Shown: positions 49,412-60,242, counted from the first letter of the stretch. The stretch is 64,000 nt of DNA from an uncultured delta proteobacterium (GCA_963704165.1 CAVPHD010000004.1:64001-128000); one strand, 5' to 3'. Numbers and translations: made by a program. The notes: generated from the sequence alone by a model not told the origin.

Positions 49412-50671
49412 TCAGAAGGGAAGGGCGGCGACGGCGCGCGCCGGACCGTCCTCGCGCGCGAGCGCATCGGCGATCCGCGCGGCGTTCGCCCGGTACTCGC
49501 CGATCTCGACCAGCGCACGCAGTGCGACTTCGAGCGACTCGGGCGAGAGTTGCCGGCGCGAGAGCGGAGCGGGACCGGCGCCGAGTGCGTGAATGCGCTC
49601 CCCCCAGAAGCGCTGATCGGCGATGAACGGCAGGACCAGCGAGGGCACGCCCGCGCGGAGGGCGGCGGCCGTCGTACCCGCGCCGCCGTGATGGACGACG
49701 GCGGCGACGCGCGGGAAGAGCCAGTCGTGCGGTGCGGATTCGACCGCGATCACGTGGTCGGGCAGTTCCGTCCGCGCGAGTCCACCCCAACCGGTGAGCA
49801 GGATCCCGCGCTGGCGCGTGCGTGTGAGCGCGCGCGCGAAGAGCTCCGTCGTCCGCTCGGGGTCGGCGGAGGGCATGCTGCCGAAGCCGACACAGATCGG
49901 TTTTGGTCCCGAGGCGAGGAAGTCGGCGAGCTCGCGCGGCGGCGCCCACTCCGACGGGCGGTCGAGGAACCAGTAACCCGTGAGCGCGATCTCCGGTCCC
50001 CAGTCGGACGGTCGCTTCAGGACCGAGCTGCTGATGCCGTACAGGGCTGCCCAGCGGTCGCGGAGCATGACGGCGAAGGGATTCGCGCCGGACCGAAGAC
50101 CGAGGACGTTCCGGCGCGCAGCGTCGTTGGCGCCGCGGACGATCCGGTACAGCACCTGCCAGGTGACGTGATAGCTCGCGCGACGCAGGCGGCCGCGAAG
50201 CGGGAACCACGCCGGGATCTCCGGAAACAGCCAGCATCCGAACTCGCGGGTCGGATGATTGGGTTGCAGGAACGCGCTCGCGAACGGAACGCTGCGGCTC
50301 TCGTGCAGAGCCTGGGCGATTGGCAGCGCTCCAGGCGCGGCGAGCAGCGCGTCTGCCCCCTCGGTGATCTGGCACGCTTCGGTGTAGCCCTTCTCGAGAA
50401 CCGGTTCGAGAAGACGGCAAAGACCCTGGAGCAGCGCGAACGGATTGCGCGTCGATCGGAAGATCGCCTGTCCCTCGGGCGACCGCAGGAGTACCTGCGG
50501 ATCGCCGGTGTCGAAGCTCGCGAACTCGACGCCGTGGGACTCGACGAAGCTCCGGAACGCCGGCGCCGCGCACACCGCCGTGCGATGTCCGGCTCGTTCG
50601 AGACCTCGCGCCAGCGCCACGTACGGCTGCACGTCGCCTCGCGAGCCCACCGTGAGGATGCAGATGCGCAT
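49412..50671 (-). CDS. Glycosyltransferase family 1 (sterol glucosyltransferase-like)
   Basis: GSRGDVQPY, VGFGSM, HHGGAGTT, PF.ADQ.FW. Confidence 0.93.
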   Translation of the reverse strand: MRICILTVGSRGDVQPYVALARGLERAGHRTAVCAAPAFRSFVESHGVEFASFDTGDPQVLLRSPEGQAIFRSTRNPFALLQGLCRLLEPVLEKGYTEACQITEGADALLAAPGALPIAQALHESRSVPFASAFLQPNHPTREFGCWLFPEIPAWFPLRGRLRRASYHVTWQVLYRIVRGANDAARRNVLGLRSGANPFAVMLRDRWAALYGISSSVLKRPSDWGPEIALTGYWFLDRPSEWAPPRELADFLASGPKPICVGFGSMPSADPERTTELFARALTRTRQRGILLTGWGGLARTELPDHVIAVESAPHDWLFPRVAAVVHHGGAGTTAAALRAGVPSLVLPFIADQRFWGERIHALGAGPAPLSRRQLSPESLEVALRALVEIGEYRANAARIADALAREDGPARAVAALPF

Positions 50672-50818
50672 GACCCATGCGGATCGAGAACCCGCATTCG
50701 TGGCTTTAGCAGGGGCCCGAGAACGCCGTCCGGAAGGCGCCCGAGCCGGCTCCGAGCCGATCGAAAGGGTGGCCCGCTCGCTTCAGCGCCGCGCGGCTCG
50801 CGCCGAAACCGCGGAAGG

Positions 50819-52168
50819 GTGAAGACGAATCGCCGCGATTTCCTGCGCACGGCCGGATGGGCGAGCCTGGCCCTGCTCGGACTGCCTCGGATCGGCCGCG
50901 CGAGCGATTCGCTCGTGCCCGACCCGAACGGACTGCTCGCGATGGCGCCGGGCTTCTCGTACCGAGTGATCGCGCGAACCGGCGACGAGATGAGTGACGG
51001 GCTGCTCATGCCGGGCAGCCCCGATGGTACGGGCGCGTTTCCGGGGCCGGGCGGGCGGGTGATTCTCGTCCGCAATCACGAGCTGGTCACCGCGCAGCCG
51101 ACGCCGGGACCTTTCGGCGCGAGGCTCGAGCGCCTCGGTCGTGTCGATCCGAGCCGCTTGTACGACGTCGGGACCGACGGCGTTCCGCACGCCGGCGGCA
51201 CGACGACGCTTCTCTACGATCCCGCGAGCGGGAAGGTCGAGGCGAGCTGGCTCTCGCTCGGCGGCACGATCCGGAACTGCGCCGGCGGCGTGACGCCCTG
51301 GGGTTCGTGGCTCAGCTGCGAGGAGTTCACCGGACGCGCCGGCGGTCCGTTCGCGCGCGATCACGGCTTCGTCTTCGAGGTACCCGCCACGGCCGAGCCG
51401 GCGCTCACGCACGCTCGGCCGCTCGAAGCGATGGGTCGGATGAACCACGAAGCCGCGACGGTCGATCCCGCGAGCGGCATCGTCTACCTGACCGAGGACC
51501 GCGGCGAGTCGCTCTTCTATCGCTTCTTGCCCGAGGTTCCCGGCGCGCTCGATCGCGGCGGCGTGCTGCAGGCCCTGCGCTTGCGCGACGGTCGGACGGA
51601 TACGCGCAACCGCGAGGACGCTCCGGTCTTCGAGCGCTCGAGAGCCTTCGCAGTCGATTGGGTGACCCTCGATGGTGTCGATGCGCCCGACGACGACCTG
51701 CGCATTCGCGGTCACGCGGAGAAACGCGCGGCGCTCTTCGCGCGCGGCGAGGGGATCTGGGCCTCGCGCGCGGGCCTCTTCTTCACCTGCACCACCGGCG
51801 GGTCAGCCGGGCGCGGGCAGATCTTCCGGTACGTGCCGAGCGAGCGCGAAGGGGCGAACGGGGAATCCGCGCGGCCAGGCACGGTCGAGCTCTTTCTCGA
51901 ATCCGACGCGACGACGGAGCTGCGCAACCCCGACAACCTCACGGTCGCGCCCTGGGGAGATCTCTTCGTCTGCGAGGATGGCGGCGGCGACGATGGCCTC
52001 GTGCGAATCGACCCGCGCGGCAATCTCTCGACGATCGCTCGCAACATCTACACCCGGTCCGAACTCACCGGCGTCTGCTTCTCTCCCGACGGTCGGACGC
52101 TGTTCGTGAATCTTCAGCAGCCTGGAATCTCGCTCGCGATCACGGGTCCGTTCCGTCAGCACGCGTAG
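50819..52168 (+). CDS. phoX: Tat-exported alkaline phosphatase PhoX (DUF839)
   Basis: NRRDFL, RNHE, NCAGG.TPWG.WLSCEE, GRMNHEA, NPDN, CEDG, ELTG. Confidence 0.9.
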   Translation: MKTNRRDFLRTAGWASLALLGLPRIGRASDSLVPDPNGLLAMAPGFSYRVIARTGDEMSDGLLMPGSPDGTGAFPGPGGRVILVRNHELVTAQPTPGPFGARLERLGRVDPSRLYDVGTDGVPHAGGTTTLLYDPASGKVEASWLSLGGTIRNCAGGVTPWGSWLSCEEFTGRAGGPFARDHGFVFEVPATAEPALTHARPLEAMGRMNHEAATVDPASGIVYLTEDRGESLFYRFLPEVPGALDRGGVLQALRLRDGRTDTRNREDAPVFERSRAFAVDWVTLDGVDAPDDDLRIRGHAEKRAALFARGEGIWASRAGLFFTCTTGGSAGRGQIFRYVPSEREGANGESARPGTVELFLESDATTELRNPDNLTVAPWGDLFVCEDGGGDDGLVRIDPRGNLSTIARNIYTRSELTGVCFSPDGRTLFVNLQQPGISLAITGPFRQHA

Positions 52169-52191
52169 TTCCGATGTGACAGAATCGGGGC

Positions 52192-53220
52192 GTGCACGAA
52201 CTCGCCCCACGCATCGCCGCGTACGCGCAGCGTCGCCTGCCGCGGACCGCGGACCTCGAAGTGCTCGACGTCGAGCGGATTCACGGCGGCGCCTCGCGCG
52301 AGACCTATCGCCTGCGGCTTTCGTACCGCGACGGCGCCGAGACGATCGAGCGGCGGCTGATCCTCCGCCGCGATCCCCCGGGCAGCCTGATCGAGACCGA
52401 TCGCGAGATCGAGTTCGCCGCCTATCGCGCGTTCGCCGGCTCGGCCGTGCCGGTTCCCGAGGCGCTCTGGCTCGAGAACGATCCGTGCCATCTCGACTAC
52501 CCGTTCTTCGTGATGGAGGAGCTCTCGGGCTTCGACGCGTCGCCCTCCAACATCCTGATGCCACCCTACGCCGCGCACCACGAGAAGCTCGCGCAGCAGA
52601 AGTGGTCGATTCTCGGGACGATCGCGCAGGCCGATCCGGAGAAGCTCGGGCTCGTCGGCATCATGAAGCCGATCGCGCTCGAAGAGGCCTGGCGCCGTGA
52701 GCTCGACCACTGGGTCGGCGTGATCGACGAGGACGAGCTCGCGCCCCAGCCGATCATGCGCGCCGCGATCCGCCACCTGCGGCGCAACCCGCCGCCCGCG
52801 CCTTCGCGTCTTCACGTCGTCCACGGCGACTACCGCACCGGGAACTTCCTGTACGACAAGGAAGGGAACGTGCGCGGAATCCTCGACTGGGAAATGGCGC
52901 ACCTCGGTGATCCGCTCGAGGATCTGGCGTGGAGCCTGAATCGGGTCTGGTGTTGGGCGCGGGACTCCCGCGTCGGCGGGCTGACCTCGAAGGAGAACGC
53001 GATCCGGATCTGGGAGGCCGCGAGCGGACTTCGCGCGGATCCCGCGGCGTTGCGCTGGTGGGAGCTCTTCTCGAGCGTGAAGGGCCAGGCGATCTGGATT
53101 TCGAGCGGCCGCGAGTATCAGAACGGCAAGAACAAGGATCCGGTGCTCGCGCTCTCGGGATGGTGGCTCTCGAACGCCCAGGACCGCGCCGCGCTCGAGA
53201 CGCTGGGCAGGCTTCGATGA
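52192..53220 (+). CDS. APH/phosphotransferase family protein (ACAD10/11 kinase-like)
   Basis: GGASRET, LILRRDP, VHGDYRTGN, LDWEMAHLGDP.EDL. Confidence 0.9.
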   Translation: MHELAPRIAAYAQRRLPRTADLEVLDVERIHGGASRETYRLRLSYRDGAETIERRLILRRDPPGSLIETDREIEFAAYRAFAGSAVPVPEALWLENDPCHLDYPFFVMEELSGFDASPSNILMPPYAAHHEKLAQQKWSILGTIAQADPEKLGLVGIMKPIALEEAWRRELDHWVGVIDEDELAPQPIMRAAIRHLRRNPPPAPSRLHVVHGDYRTGNFLYDKEGNVRGILDWEMAHLGDPLEDLAWSLNRVWCWARDSRVGGLTSKENAIRIWEAASGLRADPAALRWWELFSSVKGQAIWISSGREYQNGKNKDPVLALSGWWLSNAQDRAALETLGRLR

Positions 53221-53663
53221 AACCCGACGTTCCCAACGTGCTCGAAGTCCTGACCGGGACGCTGATGTTCGACGTCGCGCCCAACGTCACGCCGTCCTAC
53301 CGGCAGTCTTCGATCGGCGTCACCGCGATCCTGCTCGGCATGATGCGCGAGGAGTGGGACCGCGCGGCCGCACGCCGGCTCGAGGAGAACGAGGCTCTGC
53401 GCGGGCTCTTCCGCGAGTCGCGACTTGCGGTGTCCGACACGGATCTGCGTCGGCGTCTGGATGAAGCGGCGGCGGCTCGGGATGCGAGCTTCCGGGTCTC
53501 GGATCTCGAGCGCGGGAACGAGGCGCTGCGAAAGCTCCTGATCGAGCTTCACGAGCACGTCGAGCTCGAGACGAGCGCCGAGGCCCGCCGGGTGGAGGAC
53601 GCGATCTGGCGCGAGCTCTCCGCATCGACGGAGCGCCGCAAGCTCGCCCTCGCGCCGTTCTAG
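53217..53663 (+). CDS. Hypothetical helical protein coupled to the phosphotransferase
   Basis: ATGA overlap with the upstream stop; 148 aa with coding-like codon usage. Confidence 0.75.
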   Translation: MKPDVPNVLEVLTGTLMFDVAPNVTPSYRQSSIGVTAILLGMMREEWDRAAARRLEENEALRGLFRESRLAVSDTDLRRRLDEAAAARDASFRVSDLERGNEALRKLLIELHEHVELETSAEARRVEDAIWRELSASTERRKLALAPF

Positions 53664-54196
53664 CGGCGCGCTTCGGATCCGAACGCCGAATCGACCCGAA
53701 CGTCCCGGAACGCGACGACGCGCCAACCTCCGTCGGCTTCGATCAGGTGCGCTTCGACCTCGTGCACCTCCGGAACCCCGAACGCCGAGAGACGACCGGC
53801 CGGATCGACGTTGACCGTCGCGTGGCCATGCAGTCGGATCGCCGATCGACCGTCTGGGTCGAGGCCGGCTTCCTGACGGAGATCGAGCGCGAAACCCCGG
53901 ACCCTTCCGATCGAGGAGGAGACGCCGTCCTCGAGCTTCGCCACGAGCGCCAGGTCCGCCTCGCTGCCCGGCAGGACGAGCGCGCCCGCCGCCTCGAGGT
54001 CGTTCTTCTGAAGCCTCCAGTAGAAGGACTCGAAGGTGTCGAGCCCGCGATGTTTCACGCGGCTCGCTTCGAGCCACGCGCGTCCCCACGCGCCACCCGC
54101 GAACATCGTCGTCACCGAAAGCACGAGCAAGAGCGTCTTCAACGCCGATCCTCCGCTTGCGAAGGCGACGGCCGACACCGTCGCCACTCCTCGCAT
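53660..54196 (-). CDS. Hypothetical membrane-anchored protein
   Basis: Hydrophobic stretch LKTLLLVLSVTTMFAGG; C-terminal ADGGWRVV; start uncertain. Confidence 0.6.
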   Translation of the reverse strand: MRGVATVSAVAFASGGSALKTLLLVLSVTTMFAGGAWGRAWLEASRVKHRGLDTFESFYWRLQKNDLEAAGALVLPGSEADLALVAKLEDGVSSSIGRVRGFALDLRQEAGLDPDGRSAIRLHGHATVNVDPAGRLSAFGVPEVHEVEAHLIEADGGWRVVAFRDVRVDSAFGSEARR

Positions 54197-54233
54197 CGGT
54201 CGGGTCGGCTTCGGGCTTTCCGTCTTTCTCGCT

Positions 54234-54623
54234 TCAGATGACGAGCGCGTAGAGCGCCAGGACACATTCGACCCCGATCACGATCCAGGTCAAGAGCGTC
54301 CCGAAGAACCGGCCCGGTGTTCTTCCGGTGGCCCTCGAGAGGCCGAACGCGTGCAGGAGCCGGGCGGCGAGGAACGAGCCGCCGAGAGCGTGAAGCACCG
54401 TCGTGGACGTGGAGTTCAGCTCGAGCACGAGCAACAGCAGGAGCGCGATCGGCGCGTACTCGACGAGGTTCGCGTGCACGCGAATCCGCTGCTGCAGGCC
54501 GACGTTTCCGTCGTCGCCGAAGATCACGTTCTCGGTTCCGCGCGCGGACGAAACTCGCGCGGCCAGTGCGATCGAGAGCAGACCGAGGACCGCGGCCCAG
54601 AGTGCGGTGACCGGTACCAGCAT
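54234..54623 (-). CDS. MAPEG family membrane protein
   Basis: GGAGG RBS; RIRVHANLVEY.P, ARLLHAFG. Confidence 0.9.
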   Translation of the reverse strand: MLVPVTALWAAVLGLLSIALAARVSSARGTENVIFGDDGNVGLQQRIRVHANLVEYAPIALLLLLVLELNSTSTTVLHALGGSFLAARLLHAFGLSRATGRTPGRFFGTLLTWIVIGVECVLALYALVI

Positions 54624-54822
54624 CGATTGCCTCCGGCGGCAACCTAGTCGGCGGCTCGCGCTCGCGTCAATCGATTCGTGCGCGAGCGGCGCCGCGATGG
54701 AGCGCGGTCGGGCAATGGCCGGGAAGTCGTCGGATGAAATCTCCATGGCCGCGGTTCAGAATGCGGCCGCGTTCCCGAGCGCGTCATATCGAGTGCAGAT
54801 GCGGGAAGGGGAGGGAGCTTTT

Positions 54823-55857
54823 GTGAACGAGTCGCCAGCGCCTGAAGCGACGCGTGCCGCGGAGAAGCTCGTCCCGCTTCCGGCGCAACCGTCCGACACG
54901 CCCTGGCCGACGCGTGATTGGCCGCGCGGCGAGCTGCCGAAAGGCTTCGTCGAGCCGCCGTTCCCGGATGCGGGCGAGACCCACGCGCTCGTGGTGATCT
55001 GGCGCGGACGACTCGTGCTCGAGCGCTACGGCGCCGAGCACGGTCCCGAGAGCGCGCTCATCTCCTGGTCCGTCGCGAAGAGCATCCTGCACTCGCTGGT
55101 CGGCCTGCTCGTACGCGACGGCAAGCTCTCGCCTCGTTCGCGCGCGGACCTGCCGGCCTGGCGCGGGCCCGACGATCCGCGTGCGGCGATCACGCTGGAC
55201 GTCCTCTTGCGCATGTCGAGCGGTCTCGCCTGGCGCGAGGACTACGTCGATTCCCAGAAGTCCGACGTGATCGAGATGCTCTTCGGCAGTGGCAAGGACG
55301 ACGTCGCCGCGTACGCCGCGAACGCCGCGCTCGAACACGCGCCCGACACCGTCTGGTGCTACTCGAGCGGCACGAGCAATCTGGTCTCCTCGATCGCCGG
55401 GCGCGCTCTCGGCGGGGGTCGGGACGCGATGGCGGGCTATCTGCATCGCGAGCTCTTCGACCGGATCGGAATGCGCAGCGCTACCGAGCGATTCGACGCG
55501 TCCGGAACGTGGATCGGCTCGTCGTTCGTGTTCGCGACCGCGCGCGACTTCGCGCGCTTCGGTCTGCTCCAGCTTCGCGACGGGATCTGGGAGGGCGAAC
55601 GCGTGCTCCCGGAAGGCTGGGTCGACTACGCGCGCACGCCGGCGCCCGCCTCGAACACCGAGTACGGCGCGCACTGGTGGCTCCCGATCGAGGGGGACGG
55701 GATGTTCTCGGCGAACGGCTACCGCGGGCAGTACATCTACGTCGCGCCCGCGCAGGACGTGGTCGCCGTGCGCCTCGGCGCGACGCCCGCCGAAGAGCAG
55801 CCGCTCGTGAAGGTCTGGCTCGCGGAGCTGGTGCGCCGGTTTCCGCGCCTTCGTTGA
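54823..55857 (+). CDS. Serine hydrolase, beta-lactamase class C-like
   Basis: SVAK (SxxK), LLRMSSGL, YSS, DFARFG, NGYRGQ. Confidence 0.9.
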   Translation: MNESPAPEATRAAEKLVPLPAQPSDTPWPTRDWPRGELPKGFVEPPFPDAGETHALVVIWRGRLVLERYGAEHGPESALISWSVAKSILHSLVGLLVRDGKLSPRSRADLPAWRGPDDPRAAITLDVLLRMSSGLAWREDYVDSQKSDVIEMLFGSGKDDVAAYAANAALEHAPDTVWCYSSGTSNLVSSIAGRALGGGRDAMAGYLHRELFDRIGMRSATERFDASGTWIGSSFVFATARDFARFGLLQLRDGIWEGERVLPEGWVDYARTPAPASNTEYGAHWWLPIEGDGMFSANGYRGQYIYVAPAQDVVAVRLGATPAEEQPLVKVWLAELVRRFPRLR

Positions 55858-55869
55858 GCTTCGCGCACC

Positions 55870-56928
55870 TCAGGATGCGGGCGTCGCGGATCCCTGTCCC
55901 TTCGCCGCGAGCTCCCGGTCGATCCACTTCGAGAAGTCGTCCAACGGGCGCGCACCCGAAATCAGGATCCCGTTGATGAAGAACGCCGGTGTTCCGGTGA
56001 TTCCGAGCGCGCGCGCCGCGTCCGTATCCGCCTGCACCCGCTGCGCGGCCTCCGGGCTCTGCAGACAGGTCTTGAAGACCGCCGCGTCGAGACCGGCCGT
56101 GCTGGCGTACTTCGCGAGCTCCTCGTTGCCGAGCGCCTGCTGGTTCTCGAAGAGCAGCGCGTGGTACTCCCAGAACTTGCCCTGGCTCTCCGCGCAGACC
56201 GCCGCGATCGCCGCCGGCCGGGCCTGCGGGTGCAGCGCGTCGAGAGGCAGATGGCGGAAGACCAGGCGAACCTGCGTCGGGTACTTCGCGAGGACGGCGT
56301 CGATCGTCGGCTCGGCGCGCTTGCAGAACGGGCACTCGTAGTCGCTGAACGAAACGATCACGACCGGTGCGTTCTCGGGTCCGCGCGCGGGGCCGACCGC
56401 GTCGACGATCGCCCGCGGCGGCTGGAGCGAGACGGAGACCGTCGCCTTCGAGCGGAGATCCTCCGCCACCTTCTGCGGCCGCTGCGCCTCGAGGTGCGCC
56501 TTGATGCGAGGCGCCAGGTCCGCGAGCGTCGAGCCCGGCGGGAGCCGCGACTGGTTCGCGTCGTAGAACTCCTTCACCTCGGCGTCGGTCACGGCGCCGA
56601 GCGCGAGCGCCGCAGCCTCGAGGTACTCCTGCGAGGTCTGCCCGGCCTGCTTCGCGGCATCCGCCACGAGCCGCTCGTTCACCATCGCGTCGATCGCCTG
56701 CGCCTGCTCCTCGTAGACCTCACCCGCGGGCTTGTTCTCCATCTCGCGCTTGTAGAGGTTGTCCTTCATCCAGTCTTCGAGCTCGGCGGCGTCGATGCTG
56801 CGGCCGTTCAGCTCGGCGACGACATCTGACGGTGCTTTGGCGGCGGGCGCGGAGTTGCCGGCATCCTGCTGCTGGCACGAGACCGAGCCGAGTAGAAGGG
56901 CGATCGGGATGAGCGAGCGAACGCGCAT
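55870..56928 (-). CDS. DsbA/thioredoxin-domain lipoprotein
   Basis: Lipobox-like VSC; FSDYECPFC, GTPAFFING. Confidence 0.9.
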   Translation of the reverse strand: MRVRSLIPIALLLGSVSCQQQDAGNSAPAAKAPSDVVAELNGRSIDAAELEDWMKDNLYKREMENKPAGEVYEEQAQAIDAMVNERLVADAAKQAGQTSQEYLEAAALALGAVTDAEVKEFYDANQSRLPPGSTLADLAPRIKAHLEAQRPQKVAEDLRSKATVSVSLQPPRAIVDAVGPARGPENAPVVIVSFSDYECPFCKRAEPTIDAVLAKYPTQVRLVFRHLPLDALHPQARPAAIAAVCAESQGKFWEYHALLFENQQALGNEELAKYASTAGLDAAVFKTCLQSPEAAQRVQADTDAARALGITGTPAFFINGILISGARPLDDFSKWIDRELAAKGQGSATPAS

Positions 56929-57002
56929 TTTCGGAGTCCTCCGTGAAACGGTCGGCGAGTCTAGCCTTGTATCTATCGGGCTGCCCAGAGAGAATCGCCG
57001 CC

Positions 57003-58810
57003 GTGCAACCCGCCGTGGTCGAGCCAACGAACGCTGAACCTGCGGCTCCGCGCGGTTCGAGCCCCGCCGAGCGATTGCCGCTCGGAATCATGCTCGCCTA
57101 CGGCGCTCCGAACTTCGCGGGCGCGGCGATGGCGATTCCGATCGCGATCCATCTGTCGATCTTCTATTCCGACGTCATCCTCGTTCCGCTCGGCGTGATC
57201 GCGCTCGCGAAGGCGCTCGGCCGCGCGTGGGATGCTCTCACCGATCCGATCATGGGGTGGGTGAGCGATCGCACACGCGGCCCGTGGGGACGCCGTCGGC
57301 CGTGGATGGCGATCGGCGCTCCGGGCGCGGCGATCGCGTTCGTCGCCATGTTCTCACCGCCGGAGAGCCTCGACGCGGCCGGAGCCGGGCTCTGGCTCTG
57401 CGCGACCTACATCATCTACTACCTGTTCCAGACCGTGTACGCGATCCCGCACTACGGACTCGGTCCCGAACTGACGACGGACTACCGGGAGCGCTCGACC
57501 CTGTTCGGCTGGGAGCAGGGCTTCTCGGTGGCGGGCACGATGATCGCGGCCGCGATCCCGGGCCTGCTCGCGGCACGGATGGGCGCGCGCGCGGGCTACT
57601 TCTGGTTCGCGGTGATCTTCGGCTCGCTGCTCGCGTTCCTGTTCTGGAACCTGGTCTGGCGCGTGCGCGAGCGAGCGACTTCGCGAATCGCGCACCGAAC
57701 CCGCTCGTTCCCGGCGTGCGCCGTGTGCTGCGAAATCGCGTCTTCCGCCTGCTGCTCAGCGTCTATCTGATCGGCTCGATCACCGGTGCGATCCCCGGCA
57801 CGCTGATGCCCTACTTCGTCACCTACGTGCTGAAGCCCGAGAACCCGTCGCTGTGGATCTCGATCTTCCTTCTCATCTACTTCGGCTTCGGCTTCCTGTT
57901 CCTGCCCGGATGGGTGTGGCTCGCGCGCCGCGCGGGCAAGAAGCTCGCCTGGTTGCTCTCGTTCGTCTCCGCGTTCACCGGATCGCTCGCGCTCTTCTTC
58001 GTGCAAGAGGGGCAGCTTCTCGAGTTCGGCGTGATCCTGGCCTGGGCCGGCTCGTCGTTCGCGGCGCGGCTCTTCCTCGGCCCCGCGATCCAGGCCGACG
58101 TGATCGACTACGACGAGCTCTACACCGGAAAGCGTCGAGAGGCGCAGTACGGCTCGCTCTGGTCGGTGATGACCAAGTTCATGGTGATTCCGTCACTGAC
58201 GATCCCGCTCGCGGTGCTCGCGACGCTCGGCTACCAGCCCAACGTCGAGCAGACGCCGCAGGTCCAGTTCGCGATCCGCGCGATCTTCTCGCTCGCGCCC
58301 GCGACGACGGCGCTGATCGCCTTCGGCGTCGCATGCTTCTTCCCGATCAACGAGGCGATCCACCGCGCGATCTGGGCCGGCATCGAGGCGCACAAGCGCG
58401 GCGAGAGCGCGACCGACCCGCTGACGGGCGTCGTGCTGCCGCCGCCGAGCAACCGCGGCGTCGACGAGGAGACCGGCTGGTTCCTCGACCACTTCACGGC
58501 GGGCGAGCTGCGTCGGGTGCTCTCCGACGGCGCGTCGGTGCTGGTCCGCGACACCATCGGCTGGTGCCTGATCTCGCTCGGGCTCTGCGGCGTGGGTGTG
58601 ATGTACACGCTCGAAGCCGTTCGCGATCTCTCGGAAGAGCCGGGGCTCCTGGCGGTGGTCGCGATCGTGGTGGCGGGCATCGCTTTCAGCACGGCGGTCT
58701 TCCACGCGGTTCGAGTGCGCGCCGCGCTGCTTCACCGACGGCGTCCGATCGACTCCGCGATCCTGCGCGCGCACATTCGAGCGAACGCGAAGCCGGGCGG
58801 CGTCGCTTAG
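57003..58810 (+). CDS. MFS transporter, GPH/MelB family (frameshift near 57675)
   Basis: WDALTDP.MG..SDRTRGPWGRRRPW, ELTTDYRER, ADVIDYDEL.TGKRRE; start uncertain. Confidence 0.88.
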
Positions 58811-59790
58811 GCGCGCTTCAGGCCGCCGAGGAACTCGAGCAGCGCCTTGTTCGTCGCGTCGGGTGCTTCCTGTTGATTCCAATGCCCCGCGCCTTCGATC
58901 AGCACCTTTCCGCGCAGATCGGTGCAGAACGTCGGCAGCATCTGCACCATCGGTCCCTCGCCCTCGTTGTCGGGCCCGGTGACGACGGCGTCCCGCAGTC
59001 CGCCGATGAAGAACGACGGCACGACGACCTTCGCGTCCGCCCACGGTGCGAGCAACTCCCAGTTCCGGTCGAAGTTGCGATACCAGTTCAACCCGCCGCG
59101 AAAGCCGCGCCGCGTGAACTCGCCGGCGTAGAAGTCGAGATCGGCCTCGGTGAGCCAGCTCGGAAGCTCGTCGGGGTCCGTCATGGCGTCGAGGAACTTC
59201 GCCGTCTTGGGCAGGTTCACGTTCCACTTCTTGTCGCGCGGCACCGAGCCCGAGGCGCTGTACAGCATCATGCGCATCATCCTGCGGGGATCGGCTTCGA
59301 ACTCGCGCTCCGCCTTTCCCGGCTCCTGGAAATACAGGATGTACATGAAGCGATCGCCGGCCAGCGTCTTGAACATCTGTATCGGCGGCATCGGGCCGCG
59401 AGGGAAGAAGGGAACGCTCATGCCGCAGACGGCCTTGAAGCGATCGGGACGAAGCAGTGCCGAGTTCCACGCGACGATCGAGCCCCAGTCGTGGCCGACG
59501 ATCGTGCACTCGCGCGCGCCGAGCGCGTCGAGCAGTCCGACCATGTCACCGACCAGATGGAACACGGTGTAGCGTTCGATCTCTTCGGGCGCGTCGCTGC
59601 GCCCGTAGCCGCGCATGTCCGGCGCGACCGCGTGATAGCCCGCGGCCGCGAGCGCCGGAAGCTGGTGCCGCCACGAGTACCACGACTCGGGCCAGCCGTG
59701 GCAGAGCAGCACGAGCGGTCCCTCGCCCGCCTCGGCGATGTGCAGTTGGATGCCGTTGGTCTGGATCGTGCGCCGTCGGATCTCCGTCAT
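58807..59790 (-). CDS. Epoxide hydrolase (alpha/beta hydrolase)
   Basis: HGWPESWYSWRHQ, GHDWG, LNWYRN, AGHWNQQE. Confidence 0.93.
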   Translation of the reverse strand: MTEIRRRTIQTNGIQLHIAEAGEGPLVLLCHGWPESWYSWRHQLPALAAAGYHAVAPDMRGYGRSDAPEEIERYTVFHLVGDMVGLLDALGARECTIVGHDWGSIVAWNSALLRPDRFKAVCGMSVPFFPRGPMPPIQMFKTLAGDRFMYILYFQEPGKAEREFEADPRRMMRMMLYSASGSVPRDKKWNVNLPKTAKFLDAMTDPDELPSWLTEADLDFYAGEFTRRGFRGGLNWYRNFDRNWELLAPWADAKVVVPSFFIGGLRDAVVTGPDNEGEGPMVQMLPTFCTDLRGKVLIEGAGHWNQQEAPDATNKALLEFLGGLKRA

Positions 59791-59832
59791 CGAGTTGCAG
59801 ACTACCATGCGGGCGCTTCAGACTTCCGCGGC

Positions 59833-60237
59833 ATGCCGATCATCCACACCGAGAAGCTGCGCGTGAACTGGATCGACACCGACGCGAGCGGGCGCATCCA
59901 CTACACCGCCGCGCTGCGCTACTTCGAGGTCGCCGAACACGGTCTGATGCGCACGCTCTCCCCGACCGGCGGAGTCCCCGGCGATCGCGCCTTCTCGCTC
60001 CCGCGCGTTCACGTCGAAGCGGACTACAAGCTCGCGCTCCGTTACCCCGACGAGTTCACGTGCAGCGCGCGCGTCGAGAAGGTCGGCAACACCTCCGTGA
60101 CCTATGGCTTCGAGATCCGGAACCTCGAGGGCGAGGTCGCGATCTCCGGTCGGATCACCGCCGTCGCGCTGGATCTCTCGGGCAAGAAGCTGCCGCTTCC
60201 CGAGGCGTTCCGCGCCGCGCTCGAACGAGGGCGCTAG
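59833..60237 (+). CDS. Acyl-CoA thioesterase (4HBT/YbgC hotdog)
   Basis: DTDASGRIHY...YFE, VGNTS. Confidence 0.88.
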   Translation: MPIIHTEKLRVNWIDTDASGRIHYTAALRYFEVAEHGLMRTLSPTGGVPGDRAFSLPRVHVEADYKLALRYPDEFTCSARVEKVGNTSVTYGFEIRNLEGEVAISGRITAVALDLSGKKLPLPEAFRAALERGR

Positions 60238-60242
60238 CGCGG

